A stretch of DNA of 64,000 bases from Gammaproteobacteria bacterium. Lineage in GTDB: Bacteria > Pseudomonadota > Gammaproteobacteria > Steroidobacterales > Steroidobacteraceae. The notes under the pieces were generated by a model. That model had not been told where the DNA came from. It ran no database searches and worked only from the letters and a program-made list of their open reading frames with translations. The stretch spans positions 14,390 through 78,389 of the forward strand of contig JANYLH010000044.1 of NCBI GenBank assembly GCA_025357915.1. Reading direction: 5' to 3'. The position numbers were made by a program, and so were the translations under genes. Shown piece after piece: positions 8,227 through 18,619 of this stretch. Numbering within the stretch: the first letter of the stretch is position 1; every line of letters begins with the position of its first letter.

Positions 8227-10347
8227 ATGTCACGATCCGATAGCAACCTGCGCAAGGCCCTGGCACCGATTGCCGCGGCCGGCGCCTGCCTGCTGCTGCT
8301 CGCCGCCACGGGTTCCACTGGAACACTCTCGAGCGTGCGGCTGCCCGATGGCGCCATACAGCCAACGCTCCGCCAGCAGGAGCTGGCCCGGCAGGTGGCC
8401 GGCAACCTCGAACACTATCACTACAGCCAGCGCGCGATCGACAAGGAATTCTCCGCGCAGGTCTTCGACCGCTACCTGAACGCGCTGGATGGCCAGCGCA
8501 ACTATTTCCTGGCCGCGGACGTCGCCGCCATGAACCCGTGGCGCTCAGGGTTCGATGACATGATCCACACCGGCCAGCTGGACCCTGCCTATTTCATGTT
8601 CGCGCGCCTCCAGCAACGCAATCGCGAGCGCGTACGGTACGCCCTGGGCCTGCTCGCCACCGAACCAAACTGGAAGCTCAACGAGCGCTACGACTTCGAT
8701 CGCGACAAGGCGCCATGGCCGCGCGACACCGCGGAACTCAATGAACTGTGGCGGCAGCGCGTCAAGAGCGACGCGCTGTCGCTGATGCTCACGGGCAAGA
8801 CCTGGCCCGAGGCCGCCGACATCCTGCGCAAGCGCTACGAGCGCGTGCTGGCCCGTGTCGGCCAGGTGAATGCCGATGACGTCTTCGAGTCACTCATGGA
8901 CGCCTATGCCGCGGTCTACGATCCGCACACCAACTACCTGGCACCGCGCAGCGCCGAGGAATTCCGCATCCAGATGAGCCTGAGCTACGAGGGCATCGGC
9001 GCCTCGCTCCAGCTCGTCGATGACTACGTGACGATCGGCTCGCTCCTGCCCGGCGGCCCGGCCGCGGCGGCCAACACGCTCAAGCCCAACGATCGCATCC
9101 TCGCCGTCGGCCAGGGGCGCGAGGGCGCGCTCACCGACGTGGTGGGCTGGCGGCTCGATGATGTCGTGCAGCTGATCCGCGGCAAGGGCGACACGCTGGT
9201 GCGGCTCCAGGTGCTGCCCGCAGGCGCGGCGCCCGGCACCGACGTGAAGATCATCGCGCTGACCCGCGGCAAGGTCACGCTGGAGAACCAGGCGGCCCGC
9301 AAGGAACTGCGCAGCGTGCGCGTGGGCGAGCGCGAGCTGCGCGTCGGCGTCATCACCGTGCCCGGATTCTACGAAGACAACGACGCGCGCGGCGCCGGCG
9401 ACGCGAATTACCGTACCACGGCGCGCGACGTGCGCCGGCTGATCGGCGAGCTGCAGGCGCAGGGGCCGGTCGACGCGCTGCTCCTTGACCTGCGGGGCGA
9501 CGGCGGCGGCTATCTGCCCGAGGCACTGGCGCTCAGTGGCCTGTTCATCGACCAGGGCCCGGTGGTGCAGCTCAAGACCACGGATGGCAGCATCGAACAC
9601 CTGGACGATCCGGAGCCCGGTGTCGCCTATGCCGGCCCGCTCAGCGTGCTGGTCGACCGCACCAGCGCCTCGGCCTCCGAGATCTTCGCTGCGGCTATGC
9701 AGGACTACCACCGTGGCCTGGTGCTCGGCCAGACCACCTTTGGCAAGGGCACGGTGCAGAACGTCATTCCGCTCGACCGCTGGTCGCGCCAGCCCTCCGG
9801 CGGGCAGCTGACCATCACGATTGGCAAGTTCTACCGCGTGACCGGCGAGAGCACGCAGCTACGCGGCGTGCAACCCGACATCGAGCTGCCAGCGCGCATC
9901 AATACCAAGGACGTCGGCGAGGGTGCGCTGGAATCGCCGCTCCCCTGGGATCGCATCGCGCCGGTGCCGTTCCGCGCCGACGCGCCGCTGACCGAAGTGG
10001 CGCTGTCGCTGGCGAAGGAACAGAGCGTGCATTCAGCGCGCGATGCGGACTACCAGTGGCTGGTCGGCGCGCTGGCCGCCCTCGAGCAGAATCGGAAGGA
10101 CCACTCCCTGTCGCTCAACCTGGCCGAGCGCCAGCGCGAGCGCACCACCCAGGAACAGCAGGCGCTGGCCCGCGAGAATGCGCGCCGCGCCGCCGACGGC
10201 CTGCCCGCTCTCAAGGCGCTGAGCGACGTGCAGGCCGACCAGCAGCCCGACGTAGTACTGGCGGAAGCCGCGCGTATCACCGCGCAGCTGGCAGTGGCAG
10301 CGGCGCCGGCGGCAACCACGGCCGCGGCCCGCACCTCAGCGCAATAG
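8227..10347 (+). CDS. prc: tail-specific (C-terminal processing) protease, S41 family
   Basis: A 706-aa protein with a signal peptide, a PDZ region and the S41 catalytic context (SASASEIFAAAMQDY...GKGTVQ). The architecture is Prc-like. Confidence 0.9.
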   Translation: MSRSDSNLRKALAPIAAAGACLLLLAATGSTGTLSSVRLPDGAIQPTLRQQELARQVAGNLEHYHYSQRAIDKEFSAQVFDRYLNALDGQRNYFLAADVAAMNPWRSGFDDMIHTGQLDPAYFMFARLQQRNRERVRYALGLLATEPNWKLNERYDFDRDKAPWPRDTAELNELWRQRVKSDALSLMLTGKTWPEAADILRKRYERVLARVGQVNADDVFESLMDAYAAVYDPHTNYLAPRSAEEFRIQMSLSYEGIGASLQLVDDYVTIGSLLPGGPAAAANTLKPNDRILAVGQGREGALTDVVGWRLDDVVQLIRGKGDTLVRLQVLPAGAAPGTDVKIIALTRGKVTLENQAARKELRSVRVGERELRVGVITVPGFYEDNDARGAGDANYRTTARDVRRLIGELQAQGPVDALLLDLRGDGGGYLPEALALSGLFIDQGPVVQLKTTDGSIEHLDDPEPGVAYAGPLSVLVDRTSASASEIFAAAMQDYHRGLVLGQTTFGKGTVQNVIPLDRWSRQPSGGQLTITIGKFYRVTGESTQLRGVQPDIELPARINTKDVGEGALESPLPWDRIAPVPFRADAPLTEVALSLAKEQSVHSARDADYQWLVGALAALEQNRKDHSLSLNLAERQRERTTQEQQALARENARRAADGLPALKALSDVQADQQPDVVLAEAARITAQLAVAAAPAATTAAARTSAQ

Positions 10348-11382
10348 CACCCGGTAGATTTCCCAGCAATCTTCGACCAGCACGCGGGAGGTTACCGCGC
10401 CGTCGTCGTTGGCGAGACTCGCGGCGTCGGGCACCGAGTCGGTATCATTACGGTAGCGGGCGATACGACGGAACGCGTCCGCGCGCGAGCGGATTTCCGG
10501 CAGCAGATCGCGGCGTTCCTCGAGCAGTACGCGGGCGCGCTGGATTTCACCCATCAGCCGCTCGCAGCGGGGACGATCCCCATATTCGCCAGGGACTGGC
10601 TCGCGCCGGCCGCTGGCCTGGTGCGTGGACTCAAACAGCCCGGTACGGGTCAACCGCTCGCGCAGCACTTGTCCATACGCCACCGCAGCCAGATTGATCG
10701 CCCGGCGCGAATCCATCGACAGGCCGGTGAAGTTGGGCTGCTCGGCTTCCAGCGCCGCCCGCACGCCTCGCGCCTCGCCCAGGGCCTGCTCGGCCAGGAG
10801 CGATTGGATGTTGGCCGCGTGCAATTCCTGCCGCGCCCGGCGCCTCTGGAAGTAATGCCAGAAGCGCTGCAACCCGGCAAGCAGCCGCTCGAGCTCGCCG
10901 ACCCGCGCACGCGCCGCGGCGGCGGCGTCCTCGGCGTTCAGGCATTCGGCTTCGACTGTCTGCCGGCGGCCGAACTGCCGGCGGTTGAACTCCGCGAAGA
11001 AGTTCCGGCGCTCGCGCTCGAGCTGTTGCGTTTCGAGCTCGGCGATAAACTGGCGCAGCAGGCTCTGACCAAGAATCCACAGTTCCCGCAGCTGGTAGAA
11101 CACCAGCGCCGGGTAGCCGCTGTCCGGTTGCGCGAGCCGCGCTTCCAGGCCCTGCAGCAACTCCTGGACCCGCGCCGTAGCGCCTTCCTGCTGCTTGACG
11201 CGATCCTTGAGCCGCTGGATCTCCTCCTGCGCGTTGCTGAAGGATTTCTTGAGTTCGATGCGATTGCGGAACAGGTGCAGGATGCGACCGTCGTCTTCCG
11301 CGGCTTCACGGCCGTCGCGGATCGCCACGCGGAGAAATCCCAGCTGCCTGATACGTTTCATGAATTGCGCAACCAGGCGCAT
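10336..11382 (-). CDS. uncharacterised coiled-coil protein
   Basis: A 348-aa ORF with coding-like composition and long heptad-like, Arg/Glu/Leu/Gln-rich stretches. No motif recognised. Confidence 0.6.
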   Translation of the reverse strand: MRLVAQFMKRIRQLGFLRVAIRDGREAAEDDGRILHLFRNRIELKKSFSNAQEEIQRLKDRVKQQEGATARVQELLQGLEARLAQPDSGYPALVFYQLRELWILGQSLLRQFIAELETQQLERERRNFFAEFNRRQFGRRQTVEAECLNAEDAAAAARARVGELERLLAGLQRFWHYFQRRRARQELHAANIQSLLAEQALGEARGVRAALEAEQPNFTGLSMDSRRAINLAAVAYGQVLRERLTRTGLFESTHQASGRREPVPGEYGDRPRCERLMGEIQRARVLLEERRDLLPEIRSRADAFRRIARYRNDTDSVPDAASLANDDGAVTSRVLVEDCWEIYRVLLR

Positions 11383-11395
11383 AGCGGATTGGCGG

Positions 11396-11914
11396 TCAGC
11401 CGGATTGTGGGTCGGTACGGCGACGGGCGAAGCTGTGGCCGCGCTCCGCGCAGTATTCCAGCCACTTGTTTACCATCATGTTACGGGTCCAGCGCCGATC
11501 CAGTTCACGTTCCGCGCCAGTGGCATCCGCCACGCACGCTTCCAGGAGCCGCGCGTCGTGGTAGAGGCGCAGCCGCAGGTCCGGCACCCGCTCCGTGGCC
11601 GCTGGCGCACCTGCCACGGGCAGCAGATAAGTCAGCAGCAGCAGGGAGGTGTAACGGGCGCGCTCGGTCACGTTCAGGACCAGCGTGCAGTCGCCCGCGA
11701 CGCTGGAAACGCAGCTCCCGGCCAGCGTGCGCAGATCGCCGGCCAGGGCAGCCAGGCGCAGGTAATTGCTTTCGTACAGACCCATGAGCGCGACGAAGCC
11801 GCGCGGCCGCGCACGCCAGGAAACCACCAGATTGCATTCGGCGATCACGGTTCCGAATATAGCATGCGGTTCATGTCCGCCACGGCGACGTGAACGGGCC
11901 GCGACCTGCGTCAC
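11396..11914 (-). CDS. DUF1249 (YqiB-like) protein
   Basis: [13 protein letters not shown]...[13 protein letters not shown] aligns by eye with E. coli YqiB (MRLCEMNFSQLRRLL...VRLYHDAMVAEV). GTGA overlap with the orn stop. The exact start is uncertain. Confidence 0.7.
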   Translation of the reverse strand: MTQVAARSRRRGGHEPHAIFGTVIAECNLVVSWRARPRGFVALMGLYESNYLRLAALAGDLRTLAGSCVSSVAGDCTLVLNVTERARYTSLLLLTYLLPVAGAPAATERVPDLRLRLYHDARLLEACVADATGAERELDRRWTRNMMVNKWLEYCAERGHSFARRRTDPQSG

Positions 11915-12459
11915 GCGGGTTTTATGAACAGGTGCTCACGGTAGTGGCGCAGCTCGGCGATGGATTCATGGATGTCGGCGCGCGCCAGGTGCGCCGATTG
12001 CTTGCTGAATGCCGCGCTTACCTGCGGGTGCCAGCGCGCCGCCAGCTCCTTGAGGGTGCTGACGTCGAGATTGCGGTAGTGGAAGAACTTCTCCAGCGCC
12101 GGCATCCAGCGCGCCAGGAAGCGGCGATCCTGGCAGATGCTGTTGCCGCACATCGGCGATGCGCCGGGCGGCACGTGCAACGCGAGGAATGCCAGCGTCT
12201 GCCGCTGCGCCTCGGCGGCGCTGATCAGGCTGGCGCGCACGCGCGCAAGCAGCCCGCTCGCGCCGTGGTGTGTCTGGTTCCACTCATCCATCCGCGCCAG
12301 TACTGCTTCATCCTGGTGGATCGCCAGCTCTGGCCCGTCGGCCACCACGTTGAGATCGCGATCCGTCACGACCGTCGCGATCTCGATGATGCTGTCCTGC
12401 TCCGGAATGAGGCCGGTCATCTCCAGGTCGATCCAGATCAGGTGATCCTTGCTGCTCAA
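11911..12459 (-). CDS. orn: oligoribonuclease
   Basis: [11 protein letters not shown] is the DEDDh ExoI motif. The protein is 182 aa with an HxxxxD C-terminal motif context ([12 protein letters not shown]). Confidence 0.95.
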   Translation of the reverse strand: MSSKDHLIWIDLEMTGLIPEQDSIIEIATVVTDRDLNVVADGPELAIHQDEAVLARMDEWNQTHHGASGLLARVRASLISAAEAQRQTLAFLALHVPPGASPMCGNSICQDRRFLARWMPALEKFFHYRNLDVSTLKELAARWHPQVSAAFSKQSAHLARADIHESIAELRHYREHLFIKPA

Positions 12460-12496
12460 GCGCCTTTACTCCTGCGGGTTAGGGCATCATAACAGG

Positions 12497-13441
12497 GTGA
12501 AGAAAACGACCGCCGCTGACACCGGCTCCGCGCCGCCGCCGCTTGCTGCCCAGGTGCTGGTCTCGCACGGGGCCAGCGCACGCGTGCGCCTCGGCGATGG
12601 CGAGGAAGTACTGGCACGCGCAGCAGGCCGCGGGCTGCAGTTTGTGTGCGGCGACCAGGTGTTGTGCGCGCGCGATGCGCAGCATGGGCAGTGGCAGATC
12701 CGCCAGGTCGGCGCCCGCCGCAGCGCGCTCTATCGCAGCAACGCCCGCGGTGGCGCAGAACTGGTCGCAGCCAACCTCACCCTGCTCGTCGTGGTGCTCG
12801 CGCCACGGCCCGAGCCGGACCTGTTCCTGGTCGATCGCTACCTGGCGGCCGCGGTCAGCACCGGAATCAGCTCGCTGCTGTTGGCCAACAAGGCTGACCA
12901 GCAATTCACCCCGGAATTGCGCACCGAGCTGGCGGCACTCGCCGCCACCGGTTGCGAGATCCTGGAATGCAGCGCGGCGACCGGCGCCGGTGTGGCCGCG
13001 CTCCGCGCCCGCATGCACGCTGAGACCTCGATGCTGGTCGGACAATCGGGCGTCGGCAAGTCCTCGCTGCTGCGCGAACTGGTGCCCGGTTGCGAGGCGC
13101 TGGTGGGCGAGTTGCTCAAGAGCGAGGAAGGCCGCCACACCACCAGCACGGCACAGCTCTACGCCCTGCCTGGCGGTGGCGCACTGATCGATTCACCGGG
13201 CGTGCGCGATTTTGCGCCCGCCGCCGGCGCGCTCGACGAGCGCACTTTGGGCTTCAGCGAAATTGCGCGCCACGCGCAACACTGCCGCTTCGCCGATTGC
13301 GCTCACCTGCAGGAACCCGCGTGCGCGGTACGCGCGGCCGTGGCGGATGGCTCGATCAGTGCCCGACGCTACGAGAGCTACCGGCGCCTGCGCCGGCTGC
13401 GCGCGGAACTGCTCGAGCGCGTGCCCTACGCGCGCCGCTAG
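12497..13441 (+). CDS. rsgA: ribosome small-subunit-dependent GTPase A
   Basis: Circularly permuted GTPase motifs are present (LANKADQ ... GQSGVGKSSLL). The C-terminal zinc-finger cysteines are also present (CRFADCAHLQEPAC). The GTG start at 12497 is chosen to avoid overlap with orn, so the start is uncertain. Confidence 0.85.
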   Translation: MKKTTAADTGSAPPPLAAQVLVSHGASARVRLGDGEEVLARAAGRGLQFVCGDQVLCARDAQHGQWQIRQVGARRSALYRSNARGGAELVAANLTLLVVVLAPRPEPDLFLVDRYLAAAVSTGISSLLLANKADQQFTPELRTELAALAATGCEILECSAATGAGVAALRARMHAETSMLVGQSGVGKSSLLRELVPGCEALVGELLKSEEGRHTTSTAQLYALPGGGALIDSPGVRDFAPAAGALDERTLGFSEIARHAQHCRFADCAHLQEPACAVRAAVADGSISARRYESYRRLRRLRAELLERVPYARR

Positions 13442-13456
13442 CGCCGTTGTGCCGGG

Positions 13457-14053
13457 CTAGAGCGTCTGCCGGCCGGCCATGGCGTGCGCCAGAGTGCCGC
13501 CGTCGATGTATTCGAGCTCGCCGCCGACCGGGACGCCATGGGCAATGCGGCTGGCCTTGAGCCCTCGCTGGCGCACCAGCTGCGAGAGAAAATGCGCCGT
13601 GGCCTCGCCCTCGACCGTCGAGTTGGTGGCCAGGATCACTTCACGTACCTCGCCAGCGGCCAGGAGCGCGGCAAATTGCGCTCCCCCGATCTGCTCTGGG
13701 CCGATGCCATCGAGGGGCGAGAGGTGCCCCATGAGCACGAAATAGCGGCCGCGGTAGCCGCCCGACTGTTCTATCGCCACGACGTCGGCCGGCGACTCGA
13801 CCACGCACAGCAGCGCCGCGTCGCGCTGCGCGCTGGCGCAGATGTCGCACAGCTCCGACTCGGTGAGCATGCGGCAACGCTGGCAGCGGCCGACGCGCTC
13901 GAGCGCCCGCTGCAGCGAGGCCGCCAGCGTCTGCGCCGCCGGACGCGCGTCCTGCAGCAGGTGAAAGGCCATGCGCTGCGCGCTCTTGGGGCCCACGCCC
14001 GGAAGCGCGCGCAGCGCCTCGATCAGGGCGGCGAGCGCGGGTGAATGCTGCAT
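13457..14053 (-). CDS. recR: recombination protein RecR
   Basis: A C4 zinc finger ([16 protein letters not shown]) and a Toprim region ([17 protein letters not shown]). Length 198 aa. Confidence 0.95.
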   Translation of the reverse strand: MQHSPALAALIEALRALPGVGPKSAQRMAFHLLQDARPAAQTLAASLQRALERVGRCQRCRMLTESELCDICASAQRDAALLCVVESPADVVAIEQSGGYRGRYFVLMGHLSPLDGIGPEQIGGAQFAALLAAGEVREVILATNSTVEGEATAHFLSQLVRQRGLKASRIAHGVPVGGELEYIDGGTLAHAMAGRQTL

Positions 14054-14068
14054 GAGTATGAACGGGCC

Positions 14069-14392
14069 CTAAAACGGCAGCTTCATGCCCGGCGGCAGCT
14101 GCAGGCCACCCATCAGGCTCGCCATCTTGGCCTGGCTGGCCGCCTCCAGCTTGCGTACCGCGTCGTTGAAGGCCGCGGCCAGCAGGTCCTCGAGCATCTC
14201 GCGATCGTCGCCGAACGCGCCCGGCTCGATCTGCACACGACGCGCTTCGTGGCGGCCGTTGATCGTGACCCTGACCATGCCGCCACCCGATTCGCCGCTG
14301 ATCTCGAGCTGCGCGATCTCGGCCTGCGCCCGCTGCATGTTGGCCTGCAGCGCCTGGGCCTGTTTCAACATGTTGCCGATACCACCGCTCAT
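14069..14392 (-). CDS. ybaB: nucleoid-associated protein YbaB/EbfC
   Basis: A 107-aa protein, [19 protein letters not shown]...[13 protein letters not shown], in the canonical position between dnaX and recR. Confidence 0.95.
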   Translation of the reverse strand: MSGGIGNMLKQAQALQANMQRAQAEIAQLEISGESGGGMVRVTINGRHEARRVQIEPGAFGDDREMLEDLLAAAFNDAVRKLEAASQAKMASLMGGLQLPPGMKLPF

Positions 14393-14415
14393 GCGTGAAC
14401 TCCTTGCAAAAGGAT

Positions 14416-15990
14416 CTAGACCGGGCGCCGCGCCCGCACCGAATCGGGATTGACCGTGGCGCCGAACCGCTCCTGGAGCGCGCGGACCGTCGGGTCCACC
14501 GCGAGCGCTGCGCGCGCCGCCGCCAGCGTCTCCTGGGTAGCACGCTCCCCGGCCTGTGCCGGCGTTTCGACGGCGACCTCGCCGATGCTGATCTCGACCC
14601 GCACCGGCTCGCCCAGGTACTTGACCAGGGCCTGCGCCAACTTATCCTCACGGGCGCGGGTGCGGGCGCCGGCATTGCGCGGCTGTAGCATGAGGCGCAC
14701 CAGTCCGGGCTCGCGCGCCACCAGCGAGCAGTTCAGCGCCAGCATGCGCGCCGGCCCGTCCAGATCGAGTGCCGGCACCAGCGCGCTCCACTCCTGCGCC
14801 GACACCACCACGGGCGGTGCGTCTGCCGGGGGCGCTGCCCGAACCGTGACGGCCGGCTGCGGCGACTGCGCCGCCGGTGCGGGGACGGACCGCCCCTGGC
14901 CTGCGGGCTCCGGCCGGAATGCCAGCATGCGGATGAGTGTCATGCGAAATCCGGTGCGCGGATCGGGTGCCAGCGCGAGGTCCCGGCGTCCCATGATCGC
15001 TGTCTGGTAGTAGAGCTGCACGTCTTCGGCCGCGATGCGGGCAGCCAGTTCGGCCACCCGCGGCATCGAATAGAGTTCGTCGCCCGCGTAGCCCGGCACC
15101 AGCTGGTGCAACGCGATGCGTTCCATGAGCGCGGCCAGCTGGTCGAGAATCTGCCCGTAGTCCGGGGCGAATTCCGCCAGCTCCTCGGCGGCGGCGAGCA
15201 CGGCCTGCGCGTCGAGGGCGGCAAGCGCGGCGCCGATGCGCTCGACGTGATCGCGCGTCACCGTACCCAGCATGGCGCGCGCTTCGGCCGCGTGCGCCGC
15301 ACCGTTCCCGAAGGCCAGCAACTGGTCGAGCAGTGAGAGCGCATCGCGCAGGCTCCCGTCGGCTGCCTGCGCCAGCAGCTGGAGCGCTGCGGCATCGTAG
15401 GCGAGCTCTTCAGCGTCAAGAATCTGCGCCAGGCGCGCACTGATCAGCGGGACCGAGAGCCGCTTGAGATTGAACTGCAGGCAACGCGACAGCACCGTGA
15501 CCGGGAGCTTGTGCGGATCGGTCGTGGCCAGCAGGAACTTCACGTGCGGCGGCGGCTCTTCCAGCGTCTTCAACAGCGCGTTGAAGGAATTCGCGCTCAG
15601 CATGTGTACCTCGTCGATCAGGTACACCTTGTAGCGGCTCCGGGTCGGCGCGTACTGCACGTTGTCGAGCAGTTCGCGCGTGTCATCGACCTTGGTGCGC
15701 GAAGCGGCGTCGACCTCGATCAGGTCGATGCTGCGTCCGGCCTCGATCTCGCGGCAGCTCCCGCACTCGAGACAGGGCTCGGCGCTCACGCCGCGCTCGC
15801 AGTTGAGGCACTTGGCGAGGATCCGCGCCACCGTGGTCTTGCCCACTCCGCGCGTGCCCGCGAACAGGAAGGCGTGGTGGACCCGGCCACTGGCGAGCGC
15901 ATTGCGTAGCGAGCCCAGCACGTGCTCCTGGCCGGTCATCTCGGCAAAGGTGCGCGGACGCCATTTGCGCGCTAACGCTGTGTATGCCAT
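14416..15990 (-). CDS. dnaX: DNA polymerase III subunit gamma/tau
   Basis: [15 protein letters not shown]...[15 protein letters not shown] (Walker A), a zinc module ([19 protein letters not shown]) and a SRC sensor motif. Confidence 0.95.
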   Translation of the reverse strand: MAYTALARKWRPRTFAEMTGQEHVLGSLRNALASGRVHHAFLFAGTRGVGKTTVARILAKCLNCERGVSAEPCLECGSCREIEAGRSIDLIEVDAASRTKVDDTRELLDNVQYAPTRSRYKVYLIDEVHMLSANSFNALLKTLEEPPPHVKFLLATTDPHKLPVTVLSRCLQFNLKRLSVPLISARLAQILDAEELAYDAAALQLLAQAADGSLRDALSLLDQLLAFGNGAAHAAEARAMLGTVTRDHVERIGAALAALDAQAVLAAAEELAEFAPDYGQILDQLAALMERIALHQLVPGYAGDELYSMPRVAELAARIAAEDVQLYYQTAIMGRRDLALAPDPRTGFRMTLIRMLAFRPEPAGQGRSVPAPAAQSPQPAVTVRAAPPADAPPVVVSAQEWSALVPALDLDGPARMLALNCSLVAREPGLVRLMLQPRNAGARTRAREDKLAQALVKYLGEPVRVEISIGEVAVETPAQAGERATQETLAAARAALAVDPTVRALQERFGATVNPDSVRARRPV

Positions 15991-16020
15991 TGATCGCCCA
16001 CCTGACACTCAAGCGTTACC

Positions 16021-16137
16021 GTGGAGGCAGCCCGCGCCGGCCGAACTTCGGCGCACGACGTGGCCGTTACCGCTGCTCCCTTCCGGGCCTGACGGGGTTG
16101 GCGGCTCGTCATCGCGAAGGAACCGGCGCGGACCACC
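16021..16137 (-). ncRNA. ffs: signal recognition particle RNA (4.5S/ffs)
   Basis: The minus strand reads ...CCCGTCAGGCCCGGAAGGGAGCAGC..., matching the conserved domain IV core of E. coli 4.5S RNA (GGUCAGGUCCGGAAGGAAGCAGC). The flanking ends (GGTGGTCCGCGCCGG / CCGGCGCGG...CCTCCAC) can pair. It lies directly upstream of dnaX, as in many bacteria. Ends are approximate. Confidence 0.85.
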
Positions 16138-16143
16138 ATGGAT

Positions 16144-16235
16144 TGGCGGAGAGGGTGGGATTCGAACCCACGAACACCCGTGAAGATGTTACTGGAATTC
16201 CAGTCCAGCGCCTTCGACCGCTCGGCCACCTCTCC
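16144..16235 (-). tRNA. tRNA-Ser (anticodon GGA), CCA encoded
   Basis: The minus strand folds as a cloverleaf. The acceptor is GGAGAGG/CCTCTCC and the anticodon stem is CTGGA/TCCAG with loop CTGGAAT. There is a long variable arm, a T arm GTGGG-TTCGAAT-CCCAC, discriminator G, and CCA. Confidence 0.9.
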
Positions 16236-16312
16236 TTTCAACAAGTTAGAGACTAATCTTAATGTAATACCGTACACACTGCAGCGCTCATTCTAGCAAC
16301 AGCCGCGCCGGC

Positions 16313-16591
16313 CTAGCTCTTGAAGCTGGGCGGTTGTGACAGGCACGGGTCAGTGGGCAACCGCGGAGCTTCCGGCGTGTTGAGCGGCGGCACCTTGATG
16401 GCGTTGCGCGTGTCCGGGGCATCGAGGCCCGGTGGCACCTTGAGGGGCGGCAGATTCTGGCTATTGCCCCCAATAGGCGGCTCACGGCAACGTTTCCCGC
16501 TTCCGTGATGCATCCAGGAACAGCCTGCCAGCGCGAGCAGCAGCACGCCGCAGGCAGCCAGGCGCACGCCTCGCGCAGCAGGGCCACTCAT
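16313..16591 (-). CDS. small lipoprotein in the BamC (NlpB) position downstream of dapA
   Basis: The internal ATG at 16591 overlaps the dapA stop (ATGA). A lipobox is present (LLLALAGC). Pro-rich LPPLKVPPGLDAPD...KVPPL resembles the BamC N-terminal segment. It is only about 92 aa. Confidence 0.55.
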   Translation of the reverse strand: MSGPAARGVRLAACGVLLLALAGCSWMHHGSGKRCREPPIGGNSQNLPPLKVPPGLDAPDTRNAIKVPPLNTPEAPRLPTDPCLSQPPSFKS

Positions 16592-17490
16592 GCGCTGCGC
16601 ACCTGTGGCATGGCGCCGGTGGCATGTGCCGCACGCAGGGCCGCGCGGACACGTGGCTGCGCAGACGCGCTGAGCCAGGTCAGCGGCAGGCGTATTCCGG
16701 GGTTGATCATTTTCATATCGGCGAGCACCCATTTTACAGGTATAGGGTTTGATTCCAGCGACAACTCGCGATGGAGCGATGCCAGCGGGCGGTCGAACTG
16801 CTCCGCCAGCGTACGATCTGCGCGCAGTGCCGCGCCCATGACAGCGGCCACCGCCGCCGGCACGACGTTGGCCGTCACCGATATCACGCCATGCGCTCCG
16901 GCCAGCACCGCTTCGCAGGCCGTAGCGTCGTCGCCCGACAGCACGCTGAAACCGGCAGGCGCCAGCTCCAGCAATTCACGCACGCGGGCCATGTCACCCA
17001 CGGCCTCTTTGATGCCGGCGACGCGCGGGAGTTCAGCGAGCCGGGCAACGGTCGCGGGCAGCAGGTCGACGGCGGTGCGCGCGGGCACGTTGTAGAGGAT
17101 TACAGGCGCGGTGGCGGCAGCCGCCGCCGCCGCAAAATGCCGGTACAGGCCCTCCTGGGTGGGGCGGTTGTAAGCCGGGGTCGCCACCAGGAGCGCGTCG
17201 GGGCCGGCGCGCGACAGTTCGCGCACCCGCGCGGCGACCAGCGCCGTGGAACTGCCGCCGACACCGGCGATCAGCGCCATGCGCGCACCGATAAGCTGCC
17301 GGGCCCGGGCCAGCAGGGCCGTCTGCTCGTCGTCGGTCAGGGTCACGGATTCCCCGGTGCTGCCGCCGACGACCACGCCCGCCGTGCCGCTGTGCAGGTG
17401 CAGTTCGATGAGCCGATCCCAGGCGTCCATGTCGATGGCGCCATCCTCGAGCATGGGCGTGACGATCGCTACCAGACTGCCTGAAAACAT
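16588..17490 (-). CDS. dapA: 4-hydroxy-tetrahydrodipicolinate synthase
   Basis: MFSGSLVAIVTPM...GVVVGGSTGES...the Schiff-base lysine context (VAGIKEA). About 300 aa from the ATG at 17490. Confidence 0.95.
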   Translation of the reverse strand: MFSGSLVAIVTPMLEDGAIDMDAWDRLIELHLHSGTAGVVVGGSTGESVTLTDDEQTALLARARQLIGARMALIAGVGGSSTALVAARVRELSRAGPDALLVATPAYNRPTQEGLYRHFAAAAAAATAPVILYNVPARTAVDLLPATVARLAELPRVAGIKEAVGDMARVRELLELAPAGFSVLSGDDATACEAVLAGAHGVISVTANVVPAAVAAVMGAALRADRTLAEQFDRPLASLHRELSLESNPIPVKWVLADMKMINPGIRLPLTWLSASAQPRVRAALRAAHATGAMPQVRSA

Positions 17491-17603
17491 GCTGCCTCGC
17501 GTGGGGGGTGGGACGGTCGCGGCACCGTTGTCGCGGCGGGCGCGGGATGTTACGCATCCAGCGTAGCCTGAAGCAAGCCCCGGAAACCGGTACACTCCTG
17601 ATC

Positions 17604-18155
17604 GTGAACGACCCAATCGCTCCCGGCAAGCAACACCTGGCGGTATCCGCCATCGGCTCCGACCACACCGGCATGGTGCACGAGCTGACGCGGGTGATTA
17701 CCGACTGTGGCGGCAATATCGCCGAGAGCCGCATGGCGGCACTCGGCAACGAATTTGCCATGCAGTTGCTGGTGACCGGCAACTGGCACACGCTGGCGCG
17801 CATCGAATCGGAGCTGGGGCGCCTCGCCGATACGGCGGCGATGAGCGTGCACCTGCGCCGCACCGAGCCGCGTCCCAGCCGCAAGGAGCTGGTCCCCTAT
17901 TCGATCGACATCGTCAGCATCGACCAGGCCGGCATCGTCGCCGGGCTGTCCGGATTTTTCGCGGCGCGCAACATCGATATCTGCGAAGCGGCCACACGCA
18001 GTTACCCGGCTGCCCACACCGGGGCGCAGATGTTCGCGGTGCAGATGACCATCAATGTCCCGGCGAAACTCCACGTGGCGCAACTGCGCGAGGAGTTCAT
18101 GGACTACTGCGACACGATGAACCTCGACGCGATCCTCGAGCCGGTCAAGTCGTGA
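17604..18155 (+). CDS. gcvR: glycine cleavage system transcriptional repressor (tandem ACT domains)
   Basis: QHLAVSAIGSDHTGMVHELTRVITDCGGNIAESRMAALGNEFAMQLLVTGNW aligns by eye with the E. coli GcvR N-terminus. It shows dapA//gcvR-bcp synteny. The GTG start at 17604 is inferred. Confidence 0.8.
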   Translation: MNDPIAPGKQHLAVSAIGSDHTGMVHELTRVITDCGGNIAESRMAALGNEFAMQLLVTGNWHTLARIESELGRLADTAAMSVHLRRTEPRPSRKELVPYSIDIVSIDQAGIVAGLSGFFAARNIDICEAATRSYPAAHTGAQMFAVQMTINVPAKLHVAQLREEFMDYCDTMNLDAILEPVKS

Positions 18156-18619
18156 GCGGCGTAGCCATCGGCCGGCTGGTGCCCGATTTTTCGTTGCCCG
18201 CCACGGCGGGCGGCACTTTCAGGCTGCGCGAAGCGCGCGGCCAGACGCTGGTGCTGTATTTCTACCCGCGCGACAGCACGCCGGGCTGCACGCTCGAGGG
18301 CCAGGATTTCCAGCGACTGCTGCCGGCGTTCAAACGGGCCAGGGTGCGTGTCTGCGGCGTGTCGCGCGACACGCTGGCCTCGCACGAGAAGTTCTGCGCA
18401 AAACACGGGTTTGAATTCCCGCTGCTGGTCGATGCCGACGGCGAGGCCTGCAAGCTGTTCGACGTGATCCATGAGAAGAACATGTACGGCCGCAAGGTGC
18501 TGGGCATCGTGCGCAGTACTTTCCTGATCGACGCGACCGGGAAGCTTCGCCAGGAGTGGCGCAAGGTCAAGGTCGAAGGCCATGCGGCCGAGGTGCTGGA
18601 GGCCGCCAGGAAACCGTGA
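18152..18619 (+). CDS. bcp: thiol peroxidase Bcp (peroxiredoxin)
   Basis: The FYPRDSTPGCT peroxidatic Cys motif is present. Length 155 aa. Confidence 0.9.
   Translation: MSGVAIGRLVPDFSLPATAGGTFRLREARGQTLVLYFYPRDSTPGCTLEGQDFQRLLPAFKRARVRVCGVSRDTLASHEKFCAKHGFEFPLLVDADGEACKLFDVIHEKNMYGRKVLGIVRSTFLIDATGKLRQEWRKVKVEGHAAEVLEAARKP

Noticed and set aside
14416-15990. Programmed -1 frameshift site in dnaX (A AAA AAG type, as in E. coli gamma/tau)
   Set aside because: No A-rich or T-rich heptanucleotide run is visible anywhere within the gene on the coding strand.
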